The position numbers were made by a program, and so were the translations under genes. Of a stretch of DNA of 64,000 bases, positions 47,650 to 57,770 are shown one piece after another. Under the pieces are notes generated by a model. The model saw only the letters and a list, made by a program, of their open reading frames with translations. It did no database searches and was not told where the DNA came from. The stretch comes from Smithellaceae bacterium (GTDB taxonomy: Bacteria > Desulfobacterota > Syntrophia > Syntrophales > Smithellaceae): assembly GCA_963667845.2 (NCBI GenBank), contig CAXXVL010000002.1:1344001-1408000 (forward strand), given 5' to 3'. Positions within the stretch are counted from its first letter, which is position 1. Each line of letters begins with the position of its first letter.

Positions 47650-49062
47650 ATGAAGGACGCTCGAATGGATAATAAAAGTGAATTGTTTGATTTAGAACGA
47701 GAGAAGCGGGAGTTGGACACTTTCTTGTCCACGATTGCCGGAGATGGCGCATCGGTGTTTCCGTCCGCGAAAGGTGAGGTTCCGGCAAAGGAAACACCTT
47801 CTTCATCAGCAAAGAATAAATCTGCATTCGAAGCCTTGCAGCGGGAGCCCGCCGGATTGAAGCCGGATCGCCCGGCCGCGAAAATGGAAGTGCCGAAACC
47901 TTCGACCCGCAAAGATAAAGCATACGCGTCAGAATTTATTTCCAAGTTTGCGGATGCTGATCCTGAGCCTCTGGGACGTGCGGAAAAATCCGGCTCGAGG
48001 TCGGATAAAATATCGTCATTTTTAGCGATGGATGAAGAAAAAAAGGCGGAAGCGCCTCTCAGAGTAAAGGTTCCCTCCGGCGTCAAACCACTGGAAAGTT
48101 TTAAGACGATGACCCGGTTTGACAGGACAATAAAATCTGAAGAACGAATGCCTCTGGAATCGAAGCCATTGGAAATGAAGCTGCCGGAATCGAAACCTCG
48201 GGAAGCAAAGCTGCCGGAATCGAAGCCGCTGGAAATGAAATCTCGGGAAGCAAAGCTGCCCGAATCGAAGCCGCTGGAAATGAAACCTCGGGAAGCAAAG
48301 CTGCCGGAATCGAAGCCGCCGGAAATGAAATCTCGGGAAGCAAAGCTGCCGGAATCGAAGCCGCTGGAAATGAAACCTCGGGAAGCAAAGCTGCCGGAAT
48401 CGAAGCCACTGGAAATGAAATCACGGGAAATAAAGCCACTGGAAACGAAACCGCTTCCGGAAATCAGGAAAGCGGCAACGGATATCAGATCGGAGAAGAA
48501 AACAGAAACCGCCGCTCCATATGATTATTCGCCGAAGAAGGGCATCGGCAAAGGCAAATTGATCGGGATTTTTATTGTCGTAATTATTTTGCTGCTTGTC
48601 GGATACCTGGGGTTCTTTTCGAAATCATTTATTCCCGGCGTCAAAAATTTATTCAAGACCGAGTTGGGCACCTCCACTTCATCCGCCAAAGGTATTAATC
48701 TGCTCGGTGTGCGGCAGAGGCTGGTTTACAATGTAAAATTAGGGAGAAGTATCCGCGTGGTCGAAGGGATTGCTCAAAATCCAACCTCGCAGCCCGTTTC
48801 AAAGATCAAAATTGTAGCGAATCTTTATGCTGCAGACGGAGCGTTACTGGCTTCGATGGAATCTTTCGGCGGTCAGATTCTCATTGACTCGCAACTGGAA
48901 AATCTGGATGAAGCCGGTCTGGTTTCCGAACTCGGTAAAAGTAAAGTATCGGAAGACAAAATACCGGCCAGCGGGCAAATACCATTTATGATTATTTTCA
49001 CCAAGGAACTGACAGGGGTTCATAGACTATCCGTATTGGCGATTGACTATGTGAAACATTGA
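47650..49062 (+). CDS. Bitopic membrane protein with long linker and DUF3426-like C-terminal domain
   Basis: Single TM IGIFIVVIILLLVGYLGFF; VVEGIAQN...IPASGQIPFMIIF. Confidence 0.7.
   Translation: MKDARMDNKSELFDLEREKRELDTFLSTIAGDGASVFPSAKGEVPAKETPSSSAKNKSAFEALQREPAGLKPDRPAAKMEVPKPSTRKDKAYASEFISKFADADPEPLGRAEKSGSRSDKISSFLAMDEEKKAEAPLRVKVPSGVKPLESFKTMTRFDRTIKSEERMPLESKPLEMKLPESKPREAKLPESKPLEMKSREAKLPESKPLEMKPREAKLPESKPPEMKSREAKLPESKPLEMKPREAKLPESKPLEMKSREIKPLETKPLPEIRKAATDIRSEKKTETAAPYDYSPKKGIGKGKLIGIFIVVIILLLVGYLGFFSKSFIPGVKNLFKTELGTSTSSAKGINLLGVRQRLVYNVKLGRSIRVVEGIAQNPTSQPVSKIKIVANLYAADGALLASMESFGGQILIDSQLENLDEAGLVSELGKSKVSEDKIPASGQIPFMIIFTKELTGVHRLSVLAIDYVKH
48150..48460 (+). repeat. Coding tandem repeat (15-nt modules, 45-nt higher-order unit)
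   Basis: Encodes repeated KLPES-KPLEM-K(S/P)REA. Confidence 0.9.
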
Positions 49063-49257
49063 ACCCCGGCTGATATCGTTTTCATTCTTGCATTAACTTC
49101 GCTACCGCGCCAAAAAATGTCCTTCGGGACTGATTTTGCTTTCCTATAGACCATTTCATTTCTTAACGCCGGCGGGCATGATAAGTTTTTTTGATCCTTA
49201 CCATCCCTCTTCATATCGCATGTGAAGGGGAATTCTTTTTTAACAGGAGGACTGTTT

Positions 49258-51027
49258 ATGAAAAGGAAAGGGTTATTGATAGTGGCCGTTATCATGATCC
49301 TGGCAGGTGGTATTATCGCCAACCAGGTTCAAAAGGACTTCGGCCAGGTTAAAGTGACGGATGTTCGCTTTCCGGGTAAGGACGGCGCTACGCTCTCCGC
49401 GCTGCTTTATGTTCCCAGGAATGCCACCGCTCAGACCCCGGCTCCAGGTATTCAGGCGATTCACGGCTATATCAATTCCCGGGAAACACAATCGGGTTTT
49501 GCCATTGAATTTGCCCGACGCGGCTGGGTGGTTCTGGAACTCGACCAGATGGGGCATGGCTATTCTACGCCGCCTGTGGGCGCCAATGGTTATGGCGCAA
49601 TTGACGGCCTGGCTTATCTCAGGAGCCTGGATTTTGTAGATAAAAATAAGATCGGCCTGGAAGGCCATTCCATGGGCGGTTGGGCCTCGGTTATTGCAGC
49701 GGCGACCCGTCCCGATGATTATGCGGCGATGGTGCTGGAAGGTTCGTCCACCGCCACAAAATTCTCCCAGAAGTTTGTCCCGATTCCCGGCAGCCCGACC
49801 TTTCCCCGGAATCTCGCCGTTGTTTTCAGCACGTGCGATGAGTTCTCCATGCTGATGTGGGAAGTGCCGGTCGGCAGAGACGTCATCAACAGCGAACCGC
49901 TCAAAAAAGTTTTCGGAACGGCGGCCACCGTCGAACCGGGGAAGATTTACGGCTCGATCAAAGAAGGCACCGCACGAGTTCTCTATCAGCCGAAAACCAC
50001 ACATCCCGGCGATCACATTTCCGTAAGTGCGATCGGCTATGCGATTGAGTGGTTCCAGCAAACCCTGGGAGAGGTGAAGCCTCTTCCCGCCGCAAACCAG
50101 ATCTGGTACTGGAAAGAGATTGCAACGCTCATCAGCCTGATCGGCTGTCTTCTTTTTATTTTTGCCTTCGGTTGCCTGCTTTTGCAGACCCGGTTCTTCA
50201 GTGCTCTTGCCGGCGCCCCGCAAAATCCCAGGCCGGCTAAAGGCGTGGCCTGGTGGATCGGAGCCCTGCTGATGATTGTCATCCCCGCCATCACTTATTT
50301 TCCGCTCAATGGCATTGGGAATTCTGCCGTCAAGGCAAGCTGGCTCTTTCCCCAGCAGGTGACGAACACGATTATGTTCTGGCTTATCGTCAATATGGTC
50401 ATCTCCCTGGTTCTCTTCCTCATCTGGCACGGATTTAATCGGCAAAAAGGCGGTAATGCCGTTTCCTACGGCATAGCCGATGCCCACGGGGCCACCTGGA
50501 AAAAAATCGGTCTCTCGGCGATTTTTGCCATCATCGTGATCGGCATGGCCTATCTGTCGGTCGTCTTGATTTCTGCTATTTTCACTGTGGATTACCGGTT
50601 CTGGATCATGCAGCTCAAACCCATGAGCGCTCTGCAGTTTAAGATTGGCCTGCGCTATGTGATCCCCTTCCTGCTCTTTTATCTGGTATTTGCGGTCGTG
50701 TTGCATGGCCAACTGCGATCGGCCGCCGGCTCGCTTGCCAGCCGGATGATCAAGGCGGTCGTGGTGACGTCACTGGGTTATCTTGTGCTGCTATTGCTTC
50801 TCTACGTCCCGTTGTTTGCCGGCGGGCCGCTCGGCATGCCGGACATTCGCTTGATTCTTTACGCGATTGTCGCCATCCAGGTTTTGCCCCTGTTTATTGT
50901 CGTTACCTTCATCTCGACATATTTCTTTGAAAAAACCGGGTTGATCTATCCCGGCGCGTTCGTCAATGGGTTGTTTCTCACCTGGTATATTATCGCGTCC
51001 CAGGCGACCCATTTTCCGTTAAAGTAG
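49258..51027 (+). CDS. Alpha/beta hydrolase fused to a multi-pass membrane domain
   Basis: HG oxyanion motif, GHSMGG; many C-terminal TM helices; start after AGGAGG. Confidence 0.82.
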   Translation: MKRKGLLIVAVIMILAGGIIANQVQKDFGQVKVTDVRFPGKDGATLSALLYVPRNATAQTPAPGIQAIHGYINSRETQSGFAIEFARRGWVVLELDQMGHGYSTPPVGANGYGAIDGLAYLRSLDFVDKNKIGLEGHSMGGWASVIAAATRPDDYAAMVLEGSSTATKFSQKFVPIPGSPTFPRNLAVVFSTCDEFSMLMWEVPVGRDVINSEPLKKVFGTAATVEPGKIYGSIKEGTARVLYQPKTTHPGDHISVSAIGYAIEWFQQTLGEVKPLPAANQIWYWKEIATLISLIGCLLFIFAFGCLLLQTRFFSALAGAPQNPRPAKGVAWWIGALLMIVIPAITYFPLNGIGNSAVKASWLFPQQVTNTIMFWLIVNMVISLVLFLIWHGFNRQKGGNAVSYGIADAHGATWKKIGLSAIFAIIVIGMAYLSVVLISAIFTVDYRFWIMQLKPMSALQFKIGLRYVIPFLLFYLVFAVVLHGQLRSAAGSLASRMIKAVVVTSLGYLVLLLLLYVPLFAGGPLGMPDIRLILYAIVAIQVLPLFIVVTFISTYFFEKTGLIYPGAFVNGLFLTWYIIASQATHFPLK

Positions 51028-51050
51028 ATCTTATTCCGGTTCGTTTTGAC

Positions 51051-51080
51051 AAGAGGCAGTTGAGCAATCAACTGCCTCTT
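51051..51080. terminator. Perfect 13-bp hairpin with GCAA loop
   Basis: AAGAGGCAGTTGA-GCAA-TCAACTGCCTCTT. Confidence 0.6.
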
Positions 51081-51369
51081 GCAGTCATATCCCGAATTTA
51101 TAAAAGATATTGCTTGCTATTCGGACTCATTGCCTGTAAAGACTTCGCAGGAATAGCGATACATATTGACCTTCCCACCTTTCTTAATCAGAAATTTGCT
51201 AAGGGTAATCCCGCTAATCATAATAGAATCCAGATGGTTTGCCGTGTTTGAGACTAAGTCTTTCCGACGCCGGATTTGCGTTAAAAGGCCTGCCTTTACC
51301 AGCCATGTGACGGTTTTCATTGGGTTTAAGTTTAAATAGATGCTGGTATCATACAATAAAGGATAAGTA

Positions 51370-52662
51370 ATGAGTTTTGAGAAGTTTAAGTTAGATGAAA
51401 AAATTATGGCTGGCGTTCATGCCGCCGGATACAAGAAGCCGACGCCTATTCAGGCCGAGTCCATTCCTTCCATCATGGATGGGAAGGATCTTATGGGGTT
51501 GGCCCAGACCGGAACCGGGAAAACAGCCGCTTTTGTTTTGCCGATTCTGCATCGCCTGATGAAGGGTCAGCGCGGCCCTATTCGCGCCCTGATCGTTGCT
51601 CCGACGCGGGAATTGTCCGAACAGACCCATGAAGCGATTATGCAATTGGGACGGAAAACGGGGCTTTGCAGCACCTCCATCTATGGCGGCGTCAGCATCA
51701 ACACCCAGATCAATCGCCTGCGCTCGCGTGTTGATATCGTCTCGGCTTGTCCGGGTCGTCTGCTTGATCACATCGGGCGCGGAACCCTGGATTTGTCCCA
51801 CGTGGAAGTTCTGGTTCTCGATGAAGCGGACCACATGTTCGATATGGGTTTTCTTCCGGATGTCCGCAGAATTGTCAAGCATCTGCCGGCGAAGCGCCAG
51901 ACCCTGCTTTTTTCCGCCACCATGCCGAGCGAAATTCGCTCTCTGGCCGATGATCTGCTTTCCGATCCTGTCCATATTCAGATTGGCGATACCGCACCGG
52001 TCATGACCGTTTCCCACAAGTTTTATCCGGTCGAGACCCAGCAGAAAACCGCTCTGCTCAAGGATATTCTGGAGAAGACCGACACTGAATCCGTACTGGT
52101 CTTTACCCGGACGAAATCGCGCGCCAAAAGCCTGGCCGAGCAGTTAAACAGAGTGGGGCACAAAGTGACCTCCCTGCATGGCAATCTGACGCAGCAGAAA
52201 CGCAAGCAATCTCTTGATGGATTTCGGGACGGCCGCTATGAGGTGATGATTGCCACGGATATCGCTGCGCGCGGCATCGATGTGACCCGGATCTCGCATG
52301 TGATTAACTACGATATGCCGTCTACCGCGGATGCTTACACGCACCGCATCGGCAGAACCGGACGCGCCATGAAGACCGGGGATGCGTTTACGTTTATTAC
52401 CGGAGAGGACGGCGAGCTGCTTAGGTCACTGAAGAAAATGCTGGGAGATAAGTTGCAGTATCAGAATGTTGAAGGGTTAACCATGAATCCGTCCATCTGT
52501 GAAGCGATGGGAGCCCGCGCACATCAGCTGACGAGACCCAGTAACAATAACGGCAGGAAACCTTTTTCCAACCGGACCCCGTCCGCCAGACGGCCTTCTC
52601 AGCGTTCGTTTAAAGACGCGGGACGGATGAACTGGTCATCCCACGCGCCGCAAGCGGCATAA
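51370..52662 (+). CDS. DEAD-box RNA helicase (RhlE-like)
   Basis: AQTGTGKT, PTREL, DEAD, SAT, HRIGRTGR. Confidence 0.95.
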   Translation: MSFEKFKLDEKIMAGVHAAGYKKPTPIQAESIPSIMDGKDLMGLAQTGTGKTAAFVLPILHRLMKGQRGPIRALIVAPTRELSEQTHEAIMQLGRKTGLCSTSIYGGVSINTQINRLRSRVDIVSACPGRLLDHIGRGTLDLSHVEVLVLDEADHMFDMGFLPDVRRIVKHLPAKRQTLLFSATMPSEIRSLADDLLSDPVHIQIGDTAPVMTVSHKFYPVETQQKTALLKDILEKTDTESVLVFTRTKSRAKSLAEQLNRVGHKVTSLHGNLTQQKRKQSLDGFRDGRYEVMIATDIAARGIDVTRISHVINYDMPSTADAYTHRIGRTGRAMKTGDAFTFITGEDGELLRSLKKMLGDKLQYQNVEGLTMNPSICEAMGARAHQLTRPSNNNGRKPFSNRTPSARRPSQRSFKDAGRMNWSSHAPQAA

Positions 52663-52698
52663 CCAAATATCAATTAACCCTACGGGAGGCCCGGAGCT

Positions 52699-53604
52699 TT
52701 ATCGAGCTCCGGCTTCCTGCATTAATGAGGCAATCTGCTGATCCTTGTCTTTCCACAAGTCTTGCACCCACTGTTGAAAAGCGGTTTGGAATTCTTTGTC
52801 GCCTTCGTAATCACCGTGGAGAAACCGCTCGGGTATTTCCAGCGCAGAAATTCGCACCATAACCCTCTTTACTTTGCCGCATAAAAATCCCCAGAACGTC
52901 GGAACGCCGTCCGGGTAGACGATGGTAACATTCAACAGAGAGTGGAACTTGTCTCCCAGCACGCTCAAGGCCAGCGCAATGCCGCCCGCCTTGGGCGTGA
53001 GCAGGTATTGATAAGATTGTTTCTGCCCGCCGTGCTTGGTTTTTGTGAATCGCGTTCCTTCCAGAAAATTCATCACACTGGTCGGCATTTGCGTGAACTT
53101 CATGCATGCCTTTCTGGTGGTTTCAAAATCTTTTCCTCTTTGCTCGGGATGCTTCTTCAGATACGCCGCACTATGGCGTCGCAGAAAAGGAAAATCCAGC
53201 GCCCACCAGGCAAGCCCCATGAACGGCACCCAGATCAACTCCCTCTTTAAAAAAAATTTCATGAGCGGTATCCGCCGGTTCAACAGTTTTTGCAGAACAA
53301 AAATATCCGCCCAGGACTGATGATTGCTGATGACCAGATACCAGCCCCGGTAATTTAAATTATCCAAGCCCTGCACATCCCAGGTTGTCCTCTGGGTCAG
53401 TTTCATCCAGAGGCCATTGCCGGCAATCCAATTTTCAGCCAGCCACGGCAGGATTTTATTGAACAGACGGGTGAGCGGCCGAAAAGGCAAAAGAAATTTC
53501 AGGAAGGAAAAAACAAACAAAATCGTTACCCAGAACACGACATTCAAAGCCAACAAAGTTACTGCAATGCAGCCCATCAGCCAATCAGGCAGAAAATTCA
53601 ACAT
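52699..53604 (-). CDS. PlsC-family acyltransferase (YihG-like)
   Basis: NHQSWAD, FLEGTRF, PKAGG. Confidence 0.88.
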   Translation of the reverse strand: MLNFLPDWLMGCIAVTLLALNVVFWVTILFVFSFLKFLLPFRPLTRLFNKILPWLAENWIAGNGLWMKLTQRTTWDVQGLDNLNYRGWYLVISNHQSWADIFVLQKLLNRRIPLMKFFLKRELIWVPFMGLAWWALDFPFLRRHSAAYLKKHPEQRGKDFETTRKACMKFTQMPTSVMNFLEGTRFTKTKHGGQKQSYQYLLTPKAGGIALALSVLGDKFHSLLNVTIVYPDGVPTFWGFLCGKVKRVMVRISALEIPERFLHGDYEGDKEFQTAFQQWVQDLWKDKDQQIASLMQEAGAR

Positions 53605-53725
53605 TCTTCACTCCTTCGTATAATCGATGGGTAAGCCTTAACACGGGCTGCCCGATTGGTCAAAACAAAATGAAGCCGGACGCTTTTGATGGCAATACGC
53701 TTTCCTCTGCTGTATAAGTCAATAC

Positions 53726-54028
53726 ATGGTAAGGTCAAAAGATGAACCAAAACGGGTAACCTGGATAGTCTACATCTTGTGCTGTGCGGACGGCAGTTTC
53801 TATACGGGGGCGACCAATCGTCTTGAAAAAAGGTTGCTGGATCACAACAGGGGAACGGCCTCCAAATACACCCGGTCGAGAAGACCGGTCACCCTGTTGG
53901 CGGCAAGCGCTGAAATGAATCAGAGTGAGGCCCTGCGTCTTGAGATAAAAATCAAAAGGATGCCGAAAGTAAAAAAGATTGCCTGTCTCCAAGCTGCAAC
54001 CGCTAAGACAAAAGCTCACCAAGCGTGA
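53726..54028 (+). CDS. GIY-YIG nuclease (UPF0213/YhbQ-like)
   Basis: VYIL.C.DGSFYTG, HN.G..SKYTRSRRPV. Confidence 0.88.
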   Translation: MVRSKDEPKRVTWIVYILCCADGSFYTGATNRLEKRLLDHNRGTASKYTRSRRPVTLLAASAEMNQSEALRLEIKIKRMPKVKKIACLQAATAKTKAHQA

Positions 54029-54241
54029 CCTGTGATTAAAAAAACTCCTCTTTCAAATGACTTTATTTCAATGGCTGTCTTGAAATTCTAACAGTGCGTC
54101 ACGATAATATTCTGAATGTCTCCGCAACAATCTTGGAGGGATCCAACAGAGAGACACGTTCTCATTTCCCGCTTTGTCCGGTTCATTGTGCGGCCCGGGC
54201 AGTGTTATTTGAAAATCTGCTTGACTTTCATGAGCCAAATA

Positions 54242-54269
54242 TTTAACCATACGGTTAAACCAAACGGTT
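54242..54269. promoter_or_regulatory. Tandem palindromic operator, probably for the TetR regulator
   Basis: TTTAACC-ATAC-GGTTAAA and AACC-AAAC-GGTT offset by 13 bp, downstream of TTGACT (54221). Confidence 0.6.
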
Positions 54270-54330
54270 AAATCCCGCTCACGCGGGACGAGCGTTAATT
54301 CCCTGTCGCTTGCTGCGAGGGGGTTGATTA
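54268..54330 (+). repeat. Dispersed palindromic intergenic repeat, copy 2 (40 bp shorter)
   Basis: Matches 39854-39956 minus one internal unit. Confidence 0.8.
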
Positions 54331-54424
54331 TTTGGCCGGATAAAAGAGATCCCGATAGATTGCTTTTCGCAGGGATGGAAATTAAATTATTGCAGATGCG
54401 GATTCGATAACGCAGGTAACCGAT

Positions 54425-55039
54425 ATGGAAAAGCCAGGCAAGACGGCCGAAAAGATCATCAATGCGGCGCGGGCGGTTTTCGCTGAAAAAGGCTACAGCG
54501 GGACGCACGTGGATGAAATTGCCGCGCGCGCCGGGGTTAACAAGGCGACGCTCTATTATCAGATCGGCGATAAAGACACGCTTTACGCCAATGTCATTCA
54601 CCAGGTTCTGGGTAATATTGCCGAAGTCATTGCTGATGCCGTGGGGAAGGCGACAAATCCTGAGGAAAAATTGAAAACGTATATTAACTGCATTGCCGCG
54701 GCGGTTGATAAAAACCCCGAACTTCCGCCGATTATGATGCGCGAGATGGCCGGAGGCGGCGCCCATTTGCCCCGAGTAGTCGTGGAAGACATCGCCTCCG
54801 TTCTGACCATTCTTCTGGGAATTCTGGATGAAGGAAGAAAAAAAGGAATTTTTGTCGAGGTCGTGCCGTTTCTCATCCATATGATGATCATGGGCACGAT
54901 CCTGTTCTATAAAAAAAGTGCACCGATTAAGGATCAGCAGACGTGGCTTCCGGAAGCGCTCAAAGCCCGCGATCGAAAGCTCAAAGGCAGTTTGGGAGAA
55001 GAAGTGGGGAAGCTTGTTCTCCGGGCGATCAAGAAGTAA
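54425..55039 (+). CDS. TetR/AcrR-family regulator
   Basis: FAEKGYSGT.VDEIAARAGVNKATLYY. Confidence 0.93.
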   Translation: MEKPGKTAEKIINAARAVFAEKGYSGTHVDEIAARAGVNKATLYYQIGDKDTLYANVIHQVLGNIAEVIADAVGKATNPEEKLKTYINCIAAAVDKNPELPPIMMREMAGGGAHLPRVVVEDIASVLTILLGILDEGRKKGIFVEVVPFLIHMMIMGTILFYKKSAPIKDQQTWLPEALKARDRKLKGSLGEEVGKLVLRAIKK

Positions 55040-55234
55040 AGCTCCTGCCTTCATCTTCATCCGGAGGATGGCGTTGACGGCGGGTTTGATTTCCGCATCG
55101 GCGCGCTCGGGCAGTATGCACCGGCGCCGACCCTGCCTGACGCTTGTACCTCGCGTTCAGGATCGTTCATCAAGGCACCGCAACATACCGGCTGAGGGGT
55201 AAGGGTCGCGGAGACTCGTTTAGGGGGAAGAATT

Positions 55235-56248
55235 GTGAAAAAGAAAATCATCATTATTGTATTCGCGCTCACATTTGTCGGCGTCGGACTGTTTGTTTAT
55301 ATAGGGCAGAACAACAAGAAGGCGGGCGGTCTATTTTATTCCGGCACGATTGAAACGACGCAGGCCAAACTGTCTTTTCAGGTTCCCGGACGTGTTGCCG
55401 AAGTCAAGGTTCAGGAAGGCCAGTCGGTCGCAAAAAACCAGGTCATCGCCTTGCTGGACCGGGCGGAATTCGAATCGCGCTATGAACAGGCCAGGGCCAA
55501 TCTCGATCGCGCCGTGAAAACAAAACAGCAGTTGATTACGGCACTCCAAATCAGCCAAAGGACTTTACCGGCGGAAGTCGCGAGAGCACAGGCGGGGGTG
55601 AAAAGCGCGCGAGATTCGTTGGCCGATGCCGAAAAGAACTACCGGCGTTATGAGGAATTGTTTCGCCAGAGTGTGGTGACGGAGAAGGAGCGCGATACGC
55701 TGAAGCTCGGCTACGATGTGGCCAAATCGCGGCTCGCGGAAAGTGAATCGGTGCTTAAGCTGGCCGAAGGCAATCTCGGGCGCATCGAGGCGGCCAGAGA
55801 TGACATTACCACGGCCGGGGCGCAGATCGATGTGGCCCGGGCAGCGCTCAATCAGGCGGGCATTCAGCTCGCCTATACTGAGCTGATATCTCCGCAGGAC
55901 GGCGTGGTCGTCAGCCGCAATATTGAACCGGGTGAGACGGTGAATATCGGGAGAGAAGTGATCACGATTTCCGATCTTCATCGCGTGGATTTGAAAATAT
56001 TTGTTGATGAAGCCGCGATCGGCCGGATCAAACCCGGCCAGAAAGCGGCCGTCAGCGTCGATACTTTTCCCGGCAAGATTTACGAGGGAACGGTTTCCTT
56101 CGTTTCGCCGGAAGGTGAATTCACGCCAAAAATTATCCAGACGCAAAAAGAAAGAGTCAAACTGGTTTATCTGGTGAAAATTTCCATTGACAATCCTCTC
56201 TATGAGCTGAAAGCGGGCATGCCGGCAGACACCCGCCTGAATCCATAA
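55235..56248 (+). CDS. HlyD-family membrane fusion protein (YbhG-like)
   Basis: N-terminal TM, lipoyl-like halves, EFTPKIIQT. Confidence 0.9.
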   Translation: MKKKIIIIVFALTFVGVGLFVYIGQNNKKAGGLFYSGTIETTQAKLSFQVPGRVAEVKVQEGQSVAKNQVIALLDRAEFESRYEQARANLDRAVKTKQQLITALQISQRTLPAEVARAQAGVKSARDSLADAEKNYRRYEELFRQSVVTEKERDTLKLGYDVAKSRLAESESVLKLAEGNLGRIEAARDDITTAGAQIDVARAALNQAGIQLAYTELISPQDGVVVSRNIEPGETVNIGREVITISDLHRVDLKIFVDEAAIGRIKPGQKAAVSVDTFPGKIYEGTVSFVSPEGEFTPKIIQTQKERVKLVYLVKISIDNPLYELKAGMPADTRLNP

Positions 56249-56260
56249 CGGAGCGACAAC

Positions 56261-57034
56261 ATGGTGGATCTGTCCGACAACCCTCGTCCGGTCGTGGAAG
56301 TTAAAAACCTTTTTCTCTCCTTTAAGCAGGTGCAGGCGGTCAGAGACATTTCATTTAGCGTGCCGGGCCAAAGTATTTTCGGTCTGGTCGGCTCCGACGG
56401 GGCCGGAAAATCCAGCGTCCTGAGGCTCATTGCCGGTATGATCAAACCCTCTCGGGGTGAAATCACGATCGATGGGCTCGATTCCGCCAAAGCCCGGCAA
56501 AAAATCAAACACCTCATCGGATACATGCCTCAGCGCTTCGGTCTTTATCCGGACCTGACCGTGCAGGAGAATATGGATTTTTTTATGGATGTGTTCGGCA
56601 TTGGGCGTGCCGAGAGGAAAAAGCGCAAGGAAAAGTATCTGGGGTTTTCCAATCTGTTGCCTTTTGTGGACAGGCTGGCCGGTGATCTCTCCGGCGGCAT
56701 GAAACAAAAGCTCGGACTGGCCTGCGTTTTAGTTCATGAACCCAAGCTGCTGATTCTGGATGAGCCGACCAACGGCGTCGATCCGGTCTCCCGGCGGGAA
56801 TTCTGGGATATCCTCGGGACGATGCGCCAGGCAGGCATGACGCTGCTCATTTCGACGGCCTATCTGGACGAGGGTGAGAAATGCGATCAACTGGCCCTGA
56901 TGCATTCGGGGGTCATCCTGGAGCAAAATGCGCCCGCTATCATGCAGGGGGACTTCCCGTCGCTGGAGGCGGCCATCATTGCCCGGATCAAGGAAGCGGA
57001 TAAGGAGCTTGCCCATGACGCCTTCTCCATCTGA
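56261..57034 (+). CDS. ABC exporter ATP-binding subunit
   Basis: GSDGAGKS, LSGGMKQ, LDEPT. Confidence 0.92.
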   Translation: MVDLSDNPRPVVEVKNLFLSFKQVQAVRDISFSVPGQSIFGLVGSDGAGKSSVLRLIAGMIKPSRGEITIDGLDSAKARQKIKHLIGYMPQRFGLYPDLTVQENMDFFMDVFGIGRAERKKRKEKYLGFSNLLPFVDRLAGDLSGGMKQKLGLACVLVHEPKLLILDEPTNGVDPVSRREFWDILGTMRQAGMTLLISTAYLDEGEKCDQLALMHSGVILEQNAPAIMQGDFPSLEAAIIARIKEADKELAHDAFSI

Positions 57035-57770
57035 CGCCATCGTGGTCTCCGAACTGGAAAAAAAGTTCGGCGATTTTGTTGCCGTCAATAAAATCACATT
57101 TTCGGTTAAGAGAGGCGAAATCTTCGGGTTTCTGGGCGCGAACGGTTCCGGCAAGTCCACAACGATTCGCATGCTGTGCGGAATCATCGCGCCGACATCC
57201 GGCAGCGGCCGGGTTGCCGGTTTCGACATGATCCGCGAGCCCGAAGATATCAAACAGGCCATCGGCTATATGTCGCAAAAGTTTTCATTGTATGAAGATC
57301 TGACGCCTTACGAAAACATCCGTTTTTATCTGGGTATTTACAGCGTTCCGCAAAATCAATGGCGGGAGCGTTCGGACTGGATATTGAATATGACGCGACT
57401 CACGGACGTCCGCCACCGCCTGACCAGGGAATTACCACCGGGGTGGCGTCAGCGGCTCGCGCTGGGTTGCGCGCTTTTGCATAAACCGCAAATTCTGTTT
57501 CTGGATGAGCCTACGTCGGGCGTGGACCCGATTACCCGTGAGCATTTCTGGACGTTCATCCGGCAACTCGCCGGCGGCGGAATTACGATTTTTGTTACGA
57601 CGCATTATATGGATGAGGCGCGCTTTTGCGAACGGATTGTCATGATCAATGCGGGCAACATTGTGGCGTCAGGCTCCCCTTCGGAAATTATTCGGGCCGC
57701 CTGTCCCGGTTCGCCCGATGCCGACTTGAATGATGCCTTCATCACGTTGATGAAAAGGACGCAGGATTGA
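57015..57770 (+). CDS. ABC exporter ATP-binding subunit
   Basis: GANGSGKS, LDEPTSG, TTHYMDE. Confidence 0.92.
   Translation: MTPSPSDAIVVSELEKKFGDFVAVNKITFSVKRGEIFGFLGANGSGKSTTIRMLCGIIAPTSGSGRVAGFDMIREPEDIKQAIGYMSQKFSLYEDLTPYENIRFYLGIYSVPQNQWRERSDWILNMTRLTDVRHRLTRELPPGWRQRLALGCALLHKPQILFLDEPTSGVDPITREHFWTFIRQLAGGGITIFVTTHYMDEARFCERIVMINAGNIVASGSPSEIIRAACPGSPDADLNDAFITLMKRTQD

Noticed and set aside
48150..48460. Repeat array as a possible CRISPR
   Set aside because: No unique spacers; in-frame coding repeat; no cas genes
49273..50712. Long antisense ORFs (e.g. 479 aa here, 330 aa at 54068-55060)
   Set aside because: Shadows of well-supported genes on the opposite strand
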